From NCBI GenBank assembly GCA_035506675.1, contig DATJOX010000041.1, positions 36,475-100,474 on the forward strand: DNA of 64,000 nt. The letters run 5' to 3'. Under the pieces are notes generated by a model. It was not told the DNA's origin, made no database searches, and saw only the letters and a program-made list of their open reading frames with translations. Shown here in pieces: positions 55,105-62,434 of the stretch; within the stretch, counting starts at the first letter, position 1; the number at the start of each line of letters is the position of its first letter. The stretch comes from Methanomassiliicoccales archaeon (GTDB lineage: Archaea > Thermoplasmatota > Thermoplasmata > Methanomassiliicoccales > UBA472). A program made the translations under genes and the position numbers.

Positions 55105-56220
55105 ATGGGTGCGCCAGATACGATGGATATCATCCTCTTCCTGCTCAGCTTCGTCGTCATACTCGCCGGCTGCGAGTACTTCACGAACAGCGTTGAATGG
55201 CTCGGGAAGAGGTTCAAGCTGTCCGAGGGTGCGGTGGGAAGCGTGCTCGCCGCCGTCGGCACCGCGATGCCCGAGACCCTCATCCCCTTAATTGCGATCC
55301 TTTTCATCGGCGGGGGCACTGGCCAAGAGATCGGCGTCGGCGCGATCCTCGGCGCCCCGTTCATGCTCGCGACCCTGACGATGTTCGTTTGCGGTGTGGC
55401 GCTGCTGGCGTTCCGCAAGCGTCGCCAGACGAACACGCTCCACATCAATGGGAAGCTGATCCGCCGCGATCTGAAGTTCTTCTTGCTCGCGTACAGCCTC
55501 GCGGTCGTCGCGGCGTTCATGCCCCCCGAGCTGCAGATCGTGCGCTGGGTGGTCGGATTCACGCTCATACCGCTCTACGCGTACTACACCTACATCACGG
55601 TGAAGAAAGGGGAGGGCGGGTGCGAGGAGGAGGACCTCAAGTGCCTGCATTTCCAGAAGTACATCGACCGGATGACGGGCAAGCCGAGGCCGGAGCCCGA
55701 CAACCCCGATGATGTGAGCGAGAGCTTCAGGAAGGCCTTTACGGACGTGCCCGAGCCGCCGACCTTCCTCATCTTCGTGCAGACGATCATGGGGCTGCTG
55801 GCCATCATCGTCGGCGCGAACGTGTTCGTGCAGCAGATCAACTCGACCGCGGCCTCGATCGGGCTGAACCCGCTGATCCTCGCGCTCATCGTCGCCCCCA
55901 TCGCGACCGAGCTGCCGGAGAAGTTCAACTCGGTGCTCTGGATACGCGAAGGAAAGGACACGTTCGCGATCGGCAACGTAACGGGGGCGATGGTCTTCCA
56001 AAGCTGCTTCCCGGTGACGATCGGCATCCTGCTCACCGATTGGCACATCGACCTCAACAACACTACGCAGTTCCTGCAGGCATGCGCGATCGGCATCGCC
56101 CTGCTGAGCGGGTCGGTACTGTACTGGAGGTCGAGCCACCGGGAGCTACACATGTCCGGTCTGATGCTCGGCGGCGTGCTGTACGTGCTCTTCTTCGTGC
56201 TGGTGCTGCTGAAGCTCTAG
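55105..56220 (+). CDS. Ca2+/cation antiporter (CaCA, Na/Ca exchanger membrane region) family protein
   Basis: Alpha-repeat motifs GSVLAAVGTAMPETLI and IVAPIATELPEKF. Polytopic. Start uncertain (55105 or 55123). Confidence 0.72.
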   Translation: MGAPDTMDIILFLLSFVVILAGCEYFTNSVEWLGKRFKLSEGAVGSVLAAVGTAMPETLIPLIAILFIGGGTGQEIGVGAILGAPFMLATLTMFVCGVALLAFRKRRQTNTLHINGKLIRRDLKFFLLAYSLAVVAAFMPPELQIVRWVVGFTLIPLYAYYTYITVKKGEGGCEEEDLKCLHFQKYIDRMTGKPRPEPDNPDDVSESFRKAFTDVPEPPTFLIFVQTIMGLLAIIVGANVFVQQINSTAASIGLNPLILALIVAPIATELPEKFNSVLWIREGKDTFAIGNVTGAMVFQSCFPVTIGILLTDWHIDLNNTTQFLQACAIGIALLSGSVLYWRSSHRELHMSGLMLGGVLYVLFFVLVLLKL

Positions 56221-56242
56221 GCAGATTATCACGAAAGCTGCC
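56220..56242 (+). promoter_or_regulatory. conserved motif copy 1 (GGCAGATTATCACGAAAGC) upstream of the E1-like gene
   Basis: It shares GGCAGATnATCACG with 57084..57102. It is also a small palindrome (GGCAG...CTGCC). A TATA-like cattttgtag sits ~35 nt downstream, with ATG 56286 a further ~26 nt on. Confidence 0.4.
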
Positions 56243-56285
56243 TCTCGCCGATTGCATTTTGTAGCCATTCGGCCTGGCCTAGGGC

Positions 56286-57071
56286 ATGGCCGGAGCGCTC
56301 ACCCCCGAAGAGCTCGACGGCGACCGTCTGGACCGTTCTCGAAGAGTGGGCTGGATCGACGTCGACGCGGTGCGCTCGAAGCGCTGCCTGGTGGTAGGGG
56401 CCGGCGCCCTCGGCAACGAGGTCGTGAAGAACCTACTGCTATCTGGCTTCGGATCCGTCACCATCGTGGACATGGACCGCGTGGCGCTCACGAACCTCAA
56501 TCGCTGCATGTTCTTCACGAGCGAGGACGCGGAGCTGAAGCGCAGCAAGGCTTTGGTATTGTCCGAGAGAGCCAGGCATCTCAACCCGGACGCGAGCGTG
56601 TTCGCCTTCGACTCGCGCATCGAGAGCATTCCCGCAGGCGTCCTAAGAGAGCACGACCTGGTCTTTGGTTGCCTCGACAACGTGGGCGCTCGCTTGCACT
56701 TGAACGCCCACGCGTACCATCTAAGGATCCCGTTCATCGACGGCGGCACGCTTGGGACGAGAGGAAAGGTGCAGGTGGTCGTCCCACCAGATTCACCGTG
56801 CCTCCAATGCGCCACCAACCGAACGCACGCGAAGGTGCTCGAGAAACGATTCAGCTGCAGCGGGAACGACGTCTCCTACTTCCAGCCGAGGTTCGCGGCG
56901 GAGATCACCACGACGAGTATCATCGCGGCGTTGCAGGTCCGCGAAGGGCTGAAGCTCGCCTCCGGGCACGAGGACGACTGCATCGCTCACATCCTCTACT
57001 ACGATGGGCTCCGAAATGCCTACGAAACCGTCGAGGTCTCCCGCGACCCAGAATGCCCTGTCCATGCTTAG
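56286..57071 (+). CDS. ThiF/MoeB/UbaA-type ubiquitin-activating E1-like adenylyltransferase
   Basis: VVGAGALGNEVVKNLLLSG (GxGxxG), VDMDRVALTNLNRC, KRSKA, GCLDNVGARLHLN, PCLQC, candidate catalytic Cys RFSCSG. Confidence 0.85.
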   Translation: MAGALTPEELDGDRLDRSRRVGWIDVDAVRSKRCLVVGAGALGNEVVKNLLLSGFGSVTIVDMDRVALTNLNRCMFFTSEDAELKRSKALVLSERARHLNPDASVFAFDSRIESIPAGVLREHDLVFGCLDNVGARLHLNAHAYHLRIPFIDGGTLGTRGKVQVVVPPDSPCLQCATNRTHAKVLEKRFSCSGNDVSYFQPRFAAEITTTSIIAALQVREGLKLASGHEDDCIAHILYYDGLRNAYETVEVSRDPECPVHA

Positions 57072-57083
57072 CTGGCCTATCTC

Positions 57084-57102
57084 GGCAGATAATCACGTAG
57101 CC
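57084..57102 (+). promoter_or_regulatory. conserved motif copy 2 (GGCAGATAATCACGTAGCC) upstream of the Ubl gene
   Basis: Near-identical to 56220..56238. An A/T-rich gggttaacaac sits ~36 nt downstream, with ATG 57159 ~35 nt further on. Confidence 0.4.
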
Positions 57103-57158
57103 TAACTGTGACAGATAGGGTTAACAACGCTCCAGGCCGGTCCGAGGGACGTGATAGG

Positions 57159-57398
57159 ATGACGGTGCGAGTGCGGGTGAGGAACGCCGAGACGGGCTCG
57201 AGCGTGGACATGGAGCTCGAAGAGGAGAACACGGTCCAGGAGATCATCGAGGGCGCCGCGGGCTATTGGGAGAAGGACGCCGGAGCGTACGTGATACGCA
57301 AGGGCAAGAAGCTGCTTCGCGGTCAGCAGTCGGTCCTGGAATCCGGACTGACGAACAGCGACGAGCTCGAGCTCATTCCGGACCCTGAGGGCGGCTGA
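57159..57398 (+). CDS. ubiquitin-like small modifier ending in Gly-Gly
   Basis: 79-aa product MTVRVRVRNAETG...SDELELIPDPEGG-stop. The alternating beta-strand pattern fits a beta-grasp fold. The stop overlaps the E2 ATG (TGATG). An alternative GTG start exists at 57108. Confidence 0.75.
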   Translation: MTVRVRVRNAETGSSVDMELEEENTVQEIIEGAAGYWEKDAGAYVIRKGKKLLRGQQSVLESGLTNSDELELIPDPEGG

Positions 57399-57907
57399 TG
57401 CCCCTCCCACCCGAGGTGCTAACCGCCCGGGTGAGGAACGAACTCGCCATTTGCCAGAGGAGCACGCGCCACCCGATCGAGCTGGGGGCCGGAACGAGGC
57501 TCGAATTCCCTCTGCGGATCGACGTCAATCTGCAGCAGATCCCCGCCCACGAGTGGCGCGGCGGCGAGGTGCAGAGGCGCTTCAACCACAAGTTCGTGAT
57601 GAAGATCACCCCCGACTATCCGTTCGAAAAACCTCAGGTCCAATGGGCGACGCCGATCTTTCACCCCAACATAATGATGCCAGAGGATGGGGGGTTGCTT
57701 TGCAACAAGCTCCTAGAAGAGTGGAACTTCAACTCTACTATCCTCCTGTTCATCAAGGGCATCGAGTTCCTGCTTCTGAACCCGAACCCGCTCAGCCCCT
57801 TCGGCACTGAGTCTTGCACGGCGGCGGCACAGTACTTCAACACTCACAAGACCAGGCACCTGCCGACGATGAAAGCGCCCCCGCCCAAGGTGGTGAGCGG
57901 GAATTGA
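57398..57907 (+). CDS. UBC-fold ubiquitin-conjugating E2-like protein
   Basis: DYPFEKPQVQWATPIFHPNIMMPEDGGLLCNKLL (HPN plus catalytic Cys) and LLNPNPLSPF, matching the eukaryote-type E2 signature. Confidence 0.82.
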   Translation: MPLPPEVLTARVRNELAICQRSTRHPIELGAGTRLEFPLRIDVNLQQIPAHEWRGGEVQRRFNHKFVMKITPDYPFEKPQVQWATPIFHPNIMMPEDGGLLCNKLLEEWNFNSTILLFIKGIEFLLLNPNPLSPFGTESCTAAAQYFNTHKTRHLPTMKAPPPKVVSGN

Positions 57908-57930
57908 AGCCCCCCAAGGTGGTGGGAGCG
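57878..57930 (+). repeat. imperfect direct repeat at the E2/JAMM junction
   Basis: cccaaggtggtg occurs at 57884-57895 and again at 57913-57924. This encodes PPKVV at the E2 C-terminus and again at the JAMM N-terminus. Confidence 0.7.
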
Positions 57931-58548
57931 AACGATCCCGCGCTCGAGGAGAGGGCGCCGCCACCGCTGGAGCGCAGGGGCGCGCATCGCTGGCTCTCCG
58001 AGAAATCGAAGCAATTGCTGGAAAGCGATCGAGAGAGAACGGACTTATTCATTTCCAAAATGGCGGAAGAGAAAATCCGCAATCACGCCGCTTCTGGCGC
58101 ATCCGACCGCCTGGAGGTTATGGGCTTCCTCCTCGGCAACGTCTACCGGCACCAGGGCATGACCTACTCCATCGTGCGGGACGTGGCGACATCGGACCTC
58201 GAGGCCACCTCGGTGAGGGTGCGGTTCCAGCGAGAGGGAATGGAGAGGCTTTTCGCCTCAATGGACGACTGCGGGTTCGACTTCCTGCTGGTCGGCTGGT
58301 ACCACTCTCATCCCGGGCACAGATGCTTCCTCTCGAGCACCGACGTGGACACGCAGAACAGTATGTTCGGGCAGCCGTACCACGCCGCGGTGGTCATCGA
58401 TCCGGTCAACCGAGAGATCGAGGCATACCGGATCGATAGGGGAGTGCCGGTCACCAGACCGTTCGCAATCTATTGGGACAAGCATCAGAACCCGTATTTC
58501 GGGGAGACCGTCAAGCACCGGCGCTTGAAGAACGAGCCGAAGCAGTAG
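57904..58548 (+). CDS. JAMM/MPN+ metalloisopeptidase (Rpn11/JAB1-like)
   Basis: EVMGFLLG (Glu) and GWYHSHPGHRCFLSSTD, an exact HxHx7Sx2D. TTG 57904 overlaps the E2 stop (TTGA). Other possible starts are GTG 57919/57922 and ATG 58060. Confidence 0.85.
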   Translation: MKPPKVVGANDPALEERAPPPLERRGAHRWLSEKSKQLLESDRERTDLFISKMAEEKIRNHAASGASDRLEVMGFLLGNVYRHQGMTYSIVRDVATSDLEATSVRVRFQREGMERLFASMDDCGFDFLLVGWYHSHPGHRCFLSSTDVDTQNSMFGQPYHAAVVIDPVNREIEAYRIDRGVPVTRPFAIYWDKHQNPYFGETVKHRRLKNEPKQ

Positions 58549-58551
58549 ATC

Positions 58552-59091
58552 CTAGACCCAGATCGCGTGGCGCTTGCGCATCAAGCTCTCCGTGAGCTTC
58601 ATGCGTTGCATGAGGACAGGTACGAGGGAATCGAGGAACATGTACGCGGAGGCCTCGAAGAGCGTGCCCAGAGGGGCCATCGTCGGCCTCATCTCATCTT
58701 TAGTGATCGGGATCTCGACGATGATGTTCGAGGCGCTTCCCAGCTTCGAGTGCCTCGTGCTCGTTATCAGCGCCACCTTCGCGCCCACCCTTCCGACGAT
58801 GTTCGCCGTCTGAACCGCGGACATCGTTTCTCCGGTGTTCGAGACGATGAGCACCAGATCACCCTCCTCGACGATCGGCGTCGTGCTCTCGCCGATGAAA
58901 TGCACGTCAAGCCCCATCTGAACGAGACGAACGCTGAAGGCTTGAGCCACGAGGCCCGATCGCCCGACCCCGTAGACGAAGACCTTCTTCGCGCTGATGA
59001 TCGCGCTCACGAGAGCCTCGATGCAGCGATCATCCACCCTCTCCAGGGCGCGCTGCACCTCAGAAATGATGTAGGCGGAGGATTCCCTCAT
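58552..59091 (-). CDS. SIS domain protein, 6-phospho-3-hexuloisomerase-like
   Basis: KVFVYGVGRSGLVAQAFSVRLVQMGLDVHFIGESTTP...LVLIVSNTGETMS is the typical PHI/SIS pattern. The ATG overlaps the upstream gene's stop. Confidence 0.75.
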   Translation of the reverse strand: MRESSAYIISEVQRALERVDDRCIEALVSAIISAKKVFVYGVGRSGLVAQAFSVRLVQMGLDVHFIGESTTPIVEEGDLVLIVSNTGETMSAVQTANIVGRVGAKVALITSTRHSKLGSASNIIVEIPITKDEMRPTMAPLGTLFEASAYMFLDSLVPVLMQRMKLTESLMRKRHAIWV

Positions 59092-60275
59092 TCATCATCA
59101 TCTTCGTCTTCTTCTTCCTCTTCTTCGTAGCGGGAGGAACGCTTCGTCGGCTTGGCGGGCTGCTTCTTGGAGGACGGCTTGCCCTTCTCCTTCTTGTTGT
59201 CCTTCTTCTTGCCGCTCTTCGCCTTCTCCTCCTTCTCCGGCTTCTCCTCCTTTTCCTCCTTCTTGCCCTTGACCTCCTTGGTCACTTTCTTGGTGAGGAT
59301 GCGCTCGTAGATGACCTTCATGTACATCGCGTCGTGCTCGAGCAGCGGCGAGGACGAGATGATCGTGCAGTTGGGGTTCTCGTCGACCAGATACTCGGCC
59401 AAGGGCTCGAAGCGCAGGTCGCCCTTCTTGATGGGGGTGACGCGCTTCTCGTTGCCCGCCTCGTGCTCGACGCCCGAGAAGTGAGTGTAGTACAAGCTGC
59501 CGACGTACTTCTTCGTCTTGTCGAAGAGCTCGCCGAAGTCCGCCGGCTCTTTCAGCACGCCTTCCTCGCGCGCGTGGTAGTGCGCGAAGTTGATGACCGG
59601 GACCGGGCCCTTGATGTCGTCGCAGAGATTGAGCACCTCGGCCAGCGAACCCCAGACCTCCTGCCTGCCGGAGATCTCCAGCCCGAGCTTGGGCTTGATC
59701 TTGTATTGCTTCCACCAGTCCGCGACCTCGCCGATGTTCTCGTGGATGTTCTCGGTCGCCTTCTTCTTGGAAAGCTTTCCGTAAAGGCCGATGTGCGTGG
59801 TGACCATCACCCCGCCCATGTGGTGAGCCATCAGGCCCGCCCAGCGGATCGAGTCCATCGACTTCGTCGTCAGCTCGTTGTTGATCGCGAGGTCCATGTA
59901 GTAAGGGGTGTGCATGCTCAGCTCGACGTCCAGCTCCTTCCCCATCTTCCCGAGCTCCTCGAGCTCCTTGAAGTTCTGAACTAGACCTGAGGCAAGAGTG
60001 ACGAGCGTGTCGTCCTCCTCGATCTCCTCGTCGAGGTCGGAGATCCGCACCTCCTTCTTCCCCTTGTGCCGGACGATCTCGACGATCAGGTCCGTCTCTG
60101 CCTTGGCGGGGGTCACGCCGACCTCCTCCTCGTCCGGCATGCGCTCGACGACGTTCACGCGCACCATCTGCACCTCCATCGCGTTGAGGCCGAGGTTGTG
60201 AACATCCTCGATGCCGTCCTTCAGCGTCCGTCCCTTGCAAGAAAGTGGAATGCCAGCGGGGCCAAAGCGGATCAT
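59088..60275 (-). CDS. xylose-isomerase-like TIM-barrel (AP endonuclease family 2-like) protein with Lys/Glu-rich tail
   Basis: MIRFGPAGIPLSCKG...GLNAMEVQMVR N-terminus typical of this family. The C-terminal ~85 aa are KEVKGKKEEKEEKPEKEEKAKSGKKKDNKKEKGK...YEEEEEEDEDDDE. The alternate-frame ORF 59098..60414 was rejected. Confidence 0.65.
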   Translation of the reverse strand: MIRFGPAGIPLSCKGRTLKDGIEDVHNLGLNAMEVQMVRVNVVERMPDEEEVGVTPAKAETDLIVEIVRHKGKKEVRISDLDEEIEEDDTLVTLASGLVQNFKELEELGKMGKELDVELSMHTPYYMDLAINNELTTKSMDSIRWAGLMAHHMGGVMVTTHIGLYGKLSKKKATENIHENIGEVADWWKQYKIKPKLGLEISGRQEVWGSLAEVLNLCDDIKGPVPVINFAHYHAREEGVLKEPADFGELFDKTKKYVGSLYYTHFSGVEHEAGNEKRVTPIKKGDLRFEPLAEYLVDENPNCTIISSSPLLEHDAMYMKVIYERILTKKVTKEVKGKKEEKEEKPEKEEKAKSGKKKDNKKEKGKPSSKKQPAKPTKRSSRYEEEEEEDEDDDE

Positions 60276-60428
60276 TAGAACACCTAGGTATCCTAAGCGT
60301 TATCAGGGAGGGCATATTTAAGTGCTCTCGGTTTGTGCTGGTGCCCGCCCGCGCTCGAGGACATCCGACGAGGGACGTGTTCCCTTTTATACTCCCAAAC
60401 GCCTTGATTGACACATCCGGGAAGGAAG

Positions 60429-60569
60429 ATGGTCCAACTGGAACTGATAATGGCCGAGGCGCCGGTGACGAAGATAAAGGTCGTCAAGGAGAAGAGGCGC
60501 CGAGAGAAGCCGAGGAAGCCGGATCGCCCTCGAACCAACCAGCGCGCCGCGAACATGAGAAGGCGATGA
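60429..60569 (+). CDS. possible very basic 46-aa protein
   Basis: Hand-translated: MVQLELIMAEAPVTKIKVVKEKRRREKPRKPDRPRTNQRAANMRRR. GGAAGGAAG lies directly upstream of the ATG. No family recognised. Confidence 0.25.
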   Translation: MVQLELIMAEAPVTKIKVVKEKRRREKPRKPDRPRTNQRAANMRRR

Positions 60570-60674
60570 CGGAACGAATGTGCCTCGCTGCGGCGAGAAC
60601 CGGCGCCCTTGAAACGTGAATGAGCCAGATAGACGGATCAGGCTCCGCTGGAACGCGTCCCATCGGCAGGCAAC

Positions 60675-60683
60675 CTTTATTAA
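60675..60683 (+). promoter_or_regulatory. TATA-like box of the rpl18e-rpl13-rps9-rpoN operon
   Basis: ctttattaa is centred ~52 nt upstream of ATG 60731. GGGAGAG sits ~10 nt upstream of the ATG. Confidence 0.4.
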
Positions 60684-60730
60684 CGACCTCTCTATTAGAG
60701 CCCCTACCCAATGTCGGGAGAGTCAGAACT

Positions 60731-61093
60731 ATGAAGGATACCAAGAAGACGGACCCCAACCTGGTGCTCCTCGTCGATTCGCTGAAGGCGAGCTCCAGGG
60801 AGAAGGGCGTCGAGATCTGGCGAGACATTGCGCTCCGACTAGAGAAACCCGCCCGCAGCTGGGCGGAAGTGAACCTCAGCCGACTGGAGCGCTACGCGAA
60901 GGAAGGAGACATCATCGTCGTGCCGGGGAAGGTCCTCGGGGCGGGGGCGATCAACAAGAAGCTCACCGTCGCCGCGTACAAATTCTCCGAGTCGGCGAAG
61001 AAGAAGATCGAGCAGGCGGGCGGAAGGCAGCTTACGATCCCTGACCTCGTGCGCGAGTCGCCGAGCGGAAGGGACGTGCGAATCATGGGGTGA
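60731..61093 (+). CDS. rpl18e: ribosomal protein eL18 (L18e)
   Basis: MKDTKKTDPNLVLLVDSLKASSREKGVEIWRDIALRLEKPARSWAEVNLSRL... matches the L18e pattern. The listed ORF starts earlier at 60620. Confidence 0.88.
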   Translation: MKDTKKTDPNLVLLVDSLKASSREKGVEIWRDIALRLEKPARSWAEVNLSRLERYAKEGDIIVVPGKVLGAGAINKKLTVAAYKFSESAKKKIEQAGGRQLTIPDLVRESPSGRDVRIMG

Positions 61094-61097
61094 GCAA

Positions 61098-61520
61098 ATG
61101 GTCACTGTGATCGATGCGAGCGACAACATCCTGGGAAGGCTGTGCACCACCGTCGCGAAGAAGATCCTGACCGGCGAACAGGTCGTCGTGGTGAACGCAG
61201 AGAAGGCGATCATCACCGGCTCGAAGGAGCAGGTGTTCGCGGGTTTCAAGCAGAAGAAGGACCGGGGCAAGGTCATCCATGGACCGTTCTACCCGCGGCG
61301 CGCGGACCTCATATTCAAGCGCACCGTGCGCGGTATGTTACCGTGGGACCGGACGAAGGGACGAGACGCGTACCGCCTGCTGAAGGTGTACGTGGGCGTG
61401 CCCAAGGAATTCGAGTCGACCGAGATCACGAAGTACAAGGGAGCGACCGAGAGGCTCAGCCGCGAGCGCTACGTGACGCTGAGCGAGGTCTCCCAGTTCC
61501 TCGGATCCAAGGTGAGGTGA
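61098..61520 (+). CDS. rpl13: ribosomal protein uL13
   Basis: VIDASDNILGRLCTTVAKKIL.GEQVVVVNAEKAIITG ... MLPW is the uL13 pattern. Confidence 0.9.
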   Translation: MVTVIDASDNILGRLCTTVAKKILTGEQVVVVNAEKAIITGSKEQVFAGFKQKKDRGKVIHGPFYPRRADLIFKRTVRGMLPWDRTKGRDAYRLLKVYVGVPKEFESTEITKYKGATERLSRERYVTLSEVSQFLGSKVR

Positions 61521-61525
61521 ACCTC

Positions 61526-61927
61526 ATGGCAGAACTGATAAACACGAGCGGGAAGAGGAAGACGGCGGTCGCCCGCGCGTCCGTCAAGAACGGCAGCGGC
61601 AAGGTGCGCGTGAACAGCGTGCCGGTCGAGATCCTTACTCCCGAGCTTGCGAAGCTAAAGATCATGGAGCCCTTGCAGCTCGCACCGGAGCGGGCCGCCA
61701 AGGTGGACATAGACGTGAGCGTGAGCGGAGGCGGAGTGATCGGGCAGGCGGAGGCGGTGCGAACGGCAATCGCCAAGGGCCTGGTCGAGTACTTCAAGGA
61801 CGAGGAACTGGAGCGGACATTCAAACAGATCGACAGGACGCTCGTGGTTTCGGACCCGAGGCGCAAGCTGCCGAAGAAGCCGCTCGGGCGCGGCGCGCGC
61901 AAGAAGCGCCAGAAGTCCTACAGGTGA
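61526..61927 (+). CDS. rps9: ribosomal protein uS9
   Basis: TSGKRKTAVARASVKNGSGKVRVN ... GGGVIGQAEAVRTAIAKGL ... DPRRKLPKKPLGRGARKKRQKSYR. The true ATG is at 61526, inside the alternate-frame listed ORF. Confidence 0.9.
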   Translation: MAELINTSGKRKTAVARASVKNGSGKVRVNSVPVEILTPELAKLKIMEPLQLAPERAAKVDIDVSVSGGGVIGQAEAVRTAIAKGLVEYFKDEELERTFKQIDRTLVVSDPRRKLPKKPLGRGARKKRQKSYR

Positions 61928-61932
61928 GCTAA

Positions 61933-62124
61933 ATGATCATACCCGTCCGCTGTTTCACCTGCGGGAAGGTCATTGGGTCCTCGTACCAAACCTTCGTGAA
62001 GAGGGTGCAGCTGGGCGAGGACCCCCAGGCAGTGCTCGACGATCTGGGCCTGACGCGCTACTGCTGCAGGCGCATGATCGTTGCGCACGCGGACCTGGTG
62101 GACGAGATCATTCCGCTGGGCTAA
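61933..62124 (+). CDS. rpoN: DNA-directed RNA polymerase subunit N (Rpo10/RpoN)
   Basis: [15 protein letters not shown] ... [11 protein letters not shown] shows the zinc-binding Rpb10 pattern. Confidence 0.92.
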   Translation: MIIPVRCFTCGKVIGSSYQTFVKRVQLGEDPQAVLDDLGLTRYCCRRMIVAHADLVDEIIPLG

Positions 62125-62151
62125 ACCCCTTCATCAAACCCCTATTCTTCC

Positions 62152-62227
62152 GGGTCTGTGGGGTAGCTTGGTATCCTTCCAGCTTGGGGTGCTGGTGACT
62201 CCGGTTCAAATCCGGACAGACCCACCA
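62152..62227 (+). tRNA. tRNA-Pro (GGG)
   Basis: GGGUCUG-UG-GGGU..UCCU-U-CCAGC-UUGGGGU-GCUGG-UGAC-UCCGG-UUCAAAU-CCGGA-CAGACCC-A-CCA. Confidence 0.92.
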
Positions 62228-62311
62228 CTCGATTTATCCAGCATTTATATTTTCTCCTGGAATTGGAAATGTTTCTCGATCTGGATTAATCGCGGTTTGG
62301 GCAGTTTCTTA

Positions 62312-62434
62312 TTGCTGGCTAGTGCCCTCGACCGCGAACATCCGATTCAACTCCTCGAAGACCGCATCGCTGTGCAACCGTGCGCAGAAGCGATATGTCG
62401 TGTCCGGTCCCGAATGCCCGAAGTGCCAGGTGCG
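62312..62434 (-). pseudogene. IS5-family transposase N-terminal (DUF772-like) fragment
   Basis: A 41-codon start-less open frame: RTWHFGHSGPDTTYRFCARLHSDAVFEELNRMFAVEGTSQQ. PDxxTxxRFxxRL...FEEL resembles the InsH N-terminal domain. Confidence 0.3.

Noticed and set aside
56252-57100. 282-aa ORF overlapping the E1-like gene
   Set aside because: It is an alternate frame, extremely Arg-rich. The 56286..57071 frame carries the complete ThiF motif set.
57108-57158. GTG 57108 as the Ubl start (96-aa form)
   Set aside because: The conserved upstream motif and TATA-like element would place the transcription start after 57108. ATG 57159 is preceded by GAGGGACGTGATAGG. The longer form cannot be excluded.
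56221-58560. Search for a RING/U-box E3 or small zinc-finger ORF within or flanking the ubiquitin cassette
   Set aside because: No Cys/His-rich small ORF was found in any frame of the intergenic spacers (56221-56285, 57072-57158) or after the JAMM gene. The cassette appears E3-less within this window.
59098-60414. 438-aa ORF on the minus strand
   Set aside because: It is an alternate frame of the TIM-barrel gene (59088..60275). It is Arg/Gly-rich, while the other frame has the family-typical MIRFGPAGIP start.
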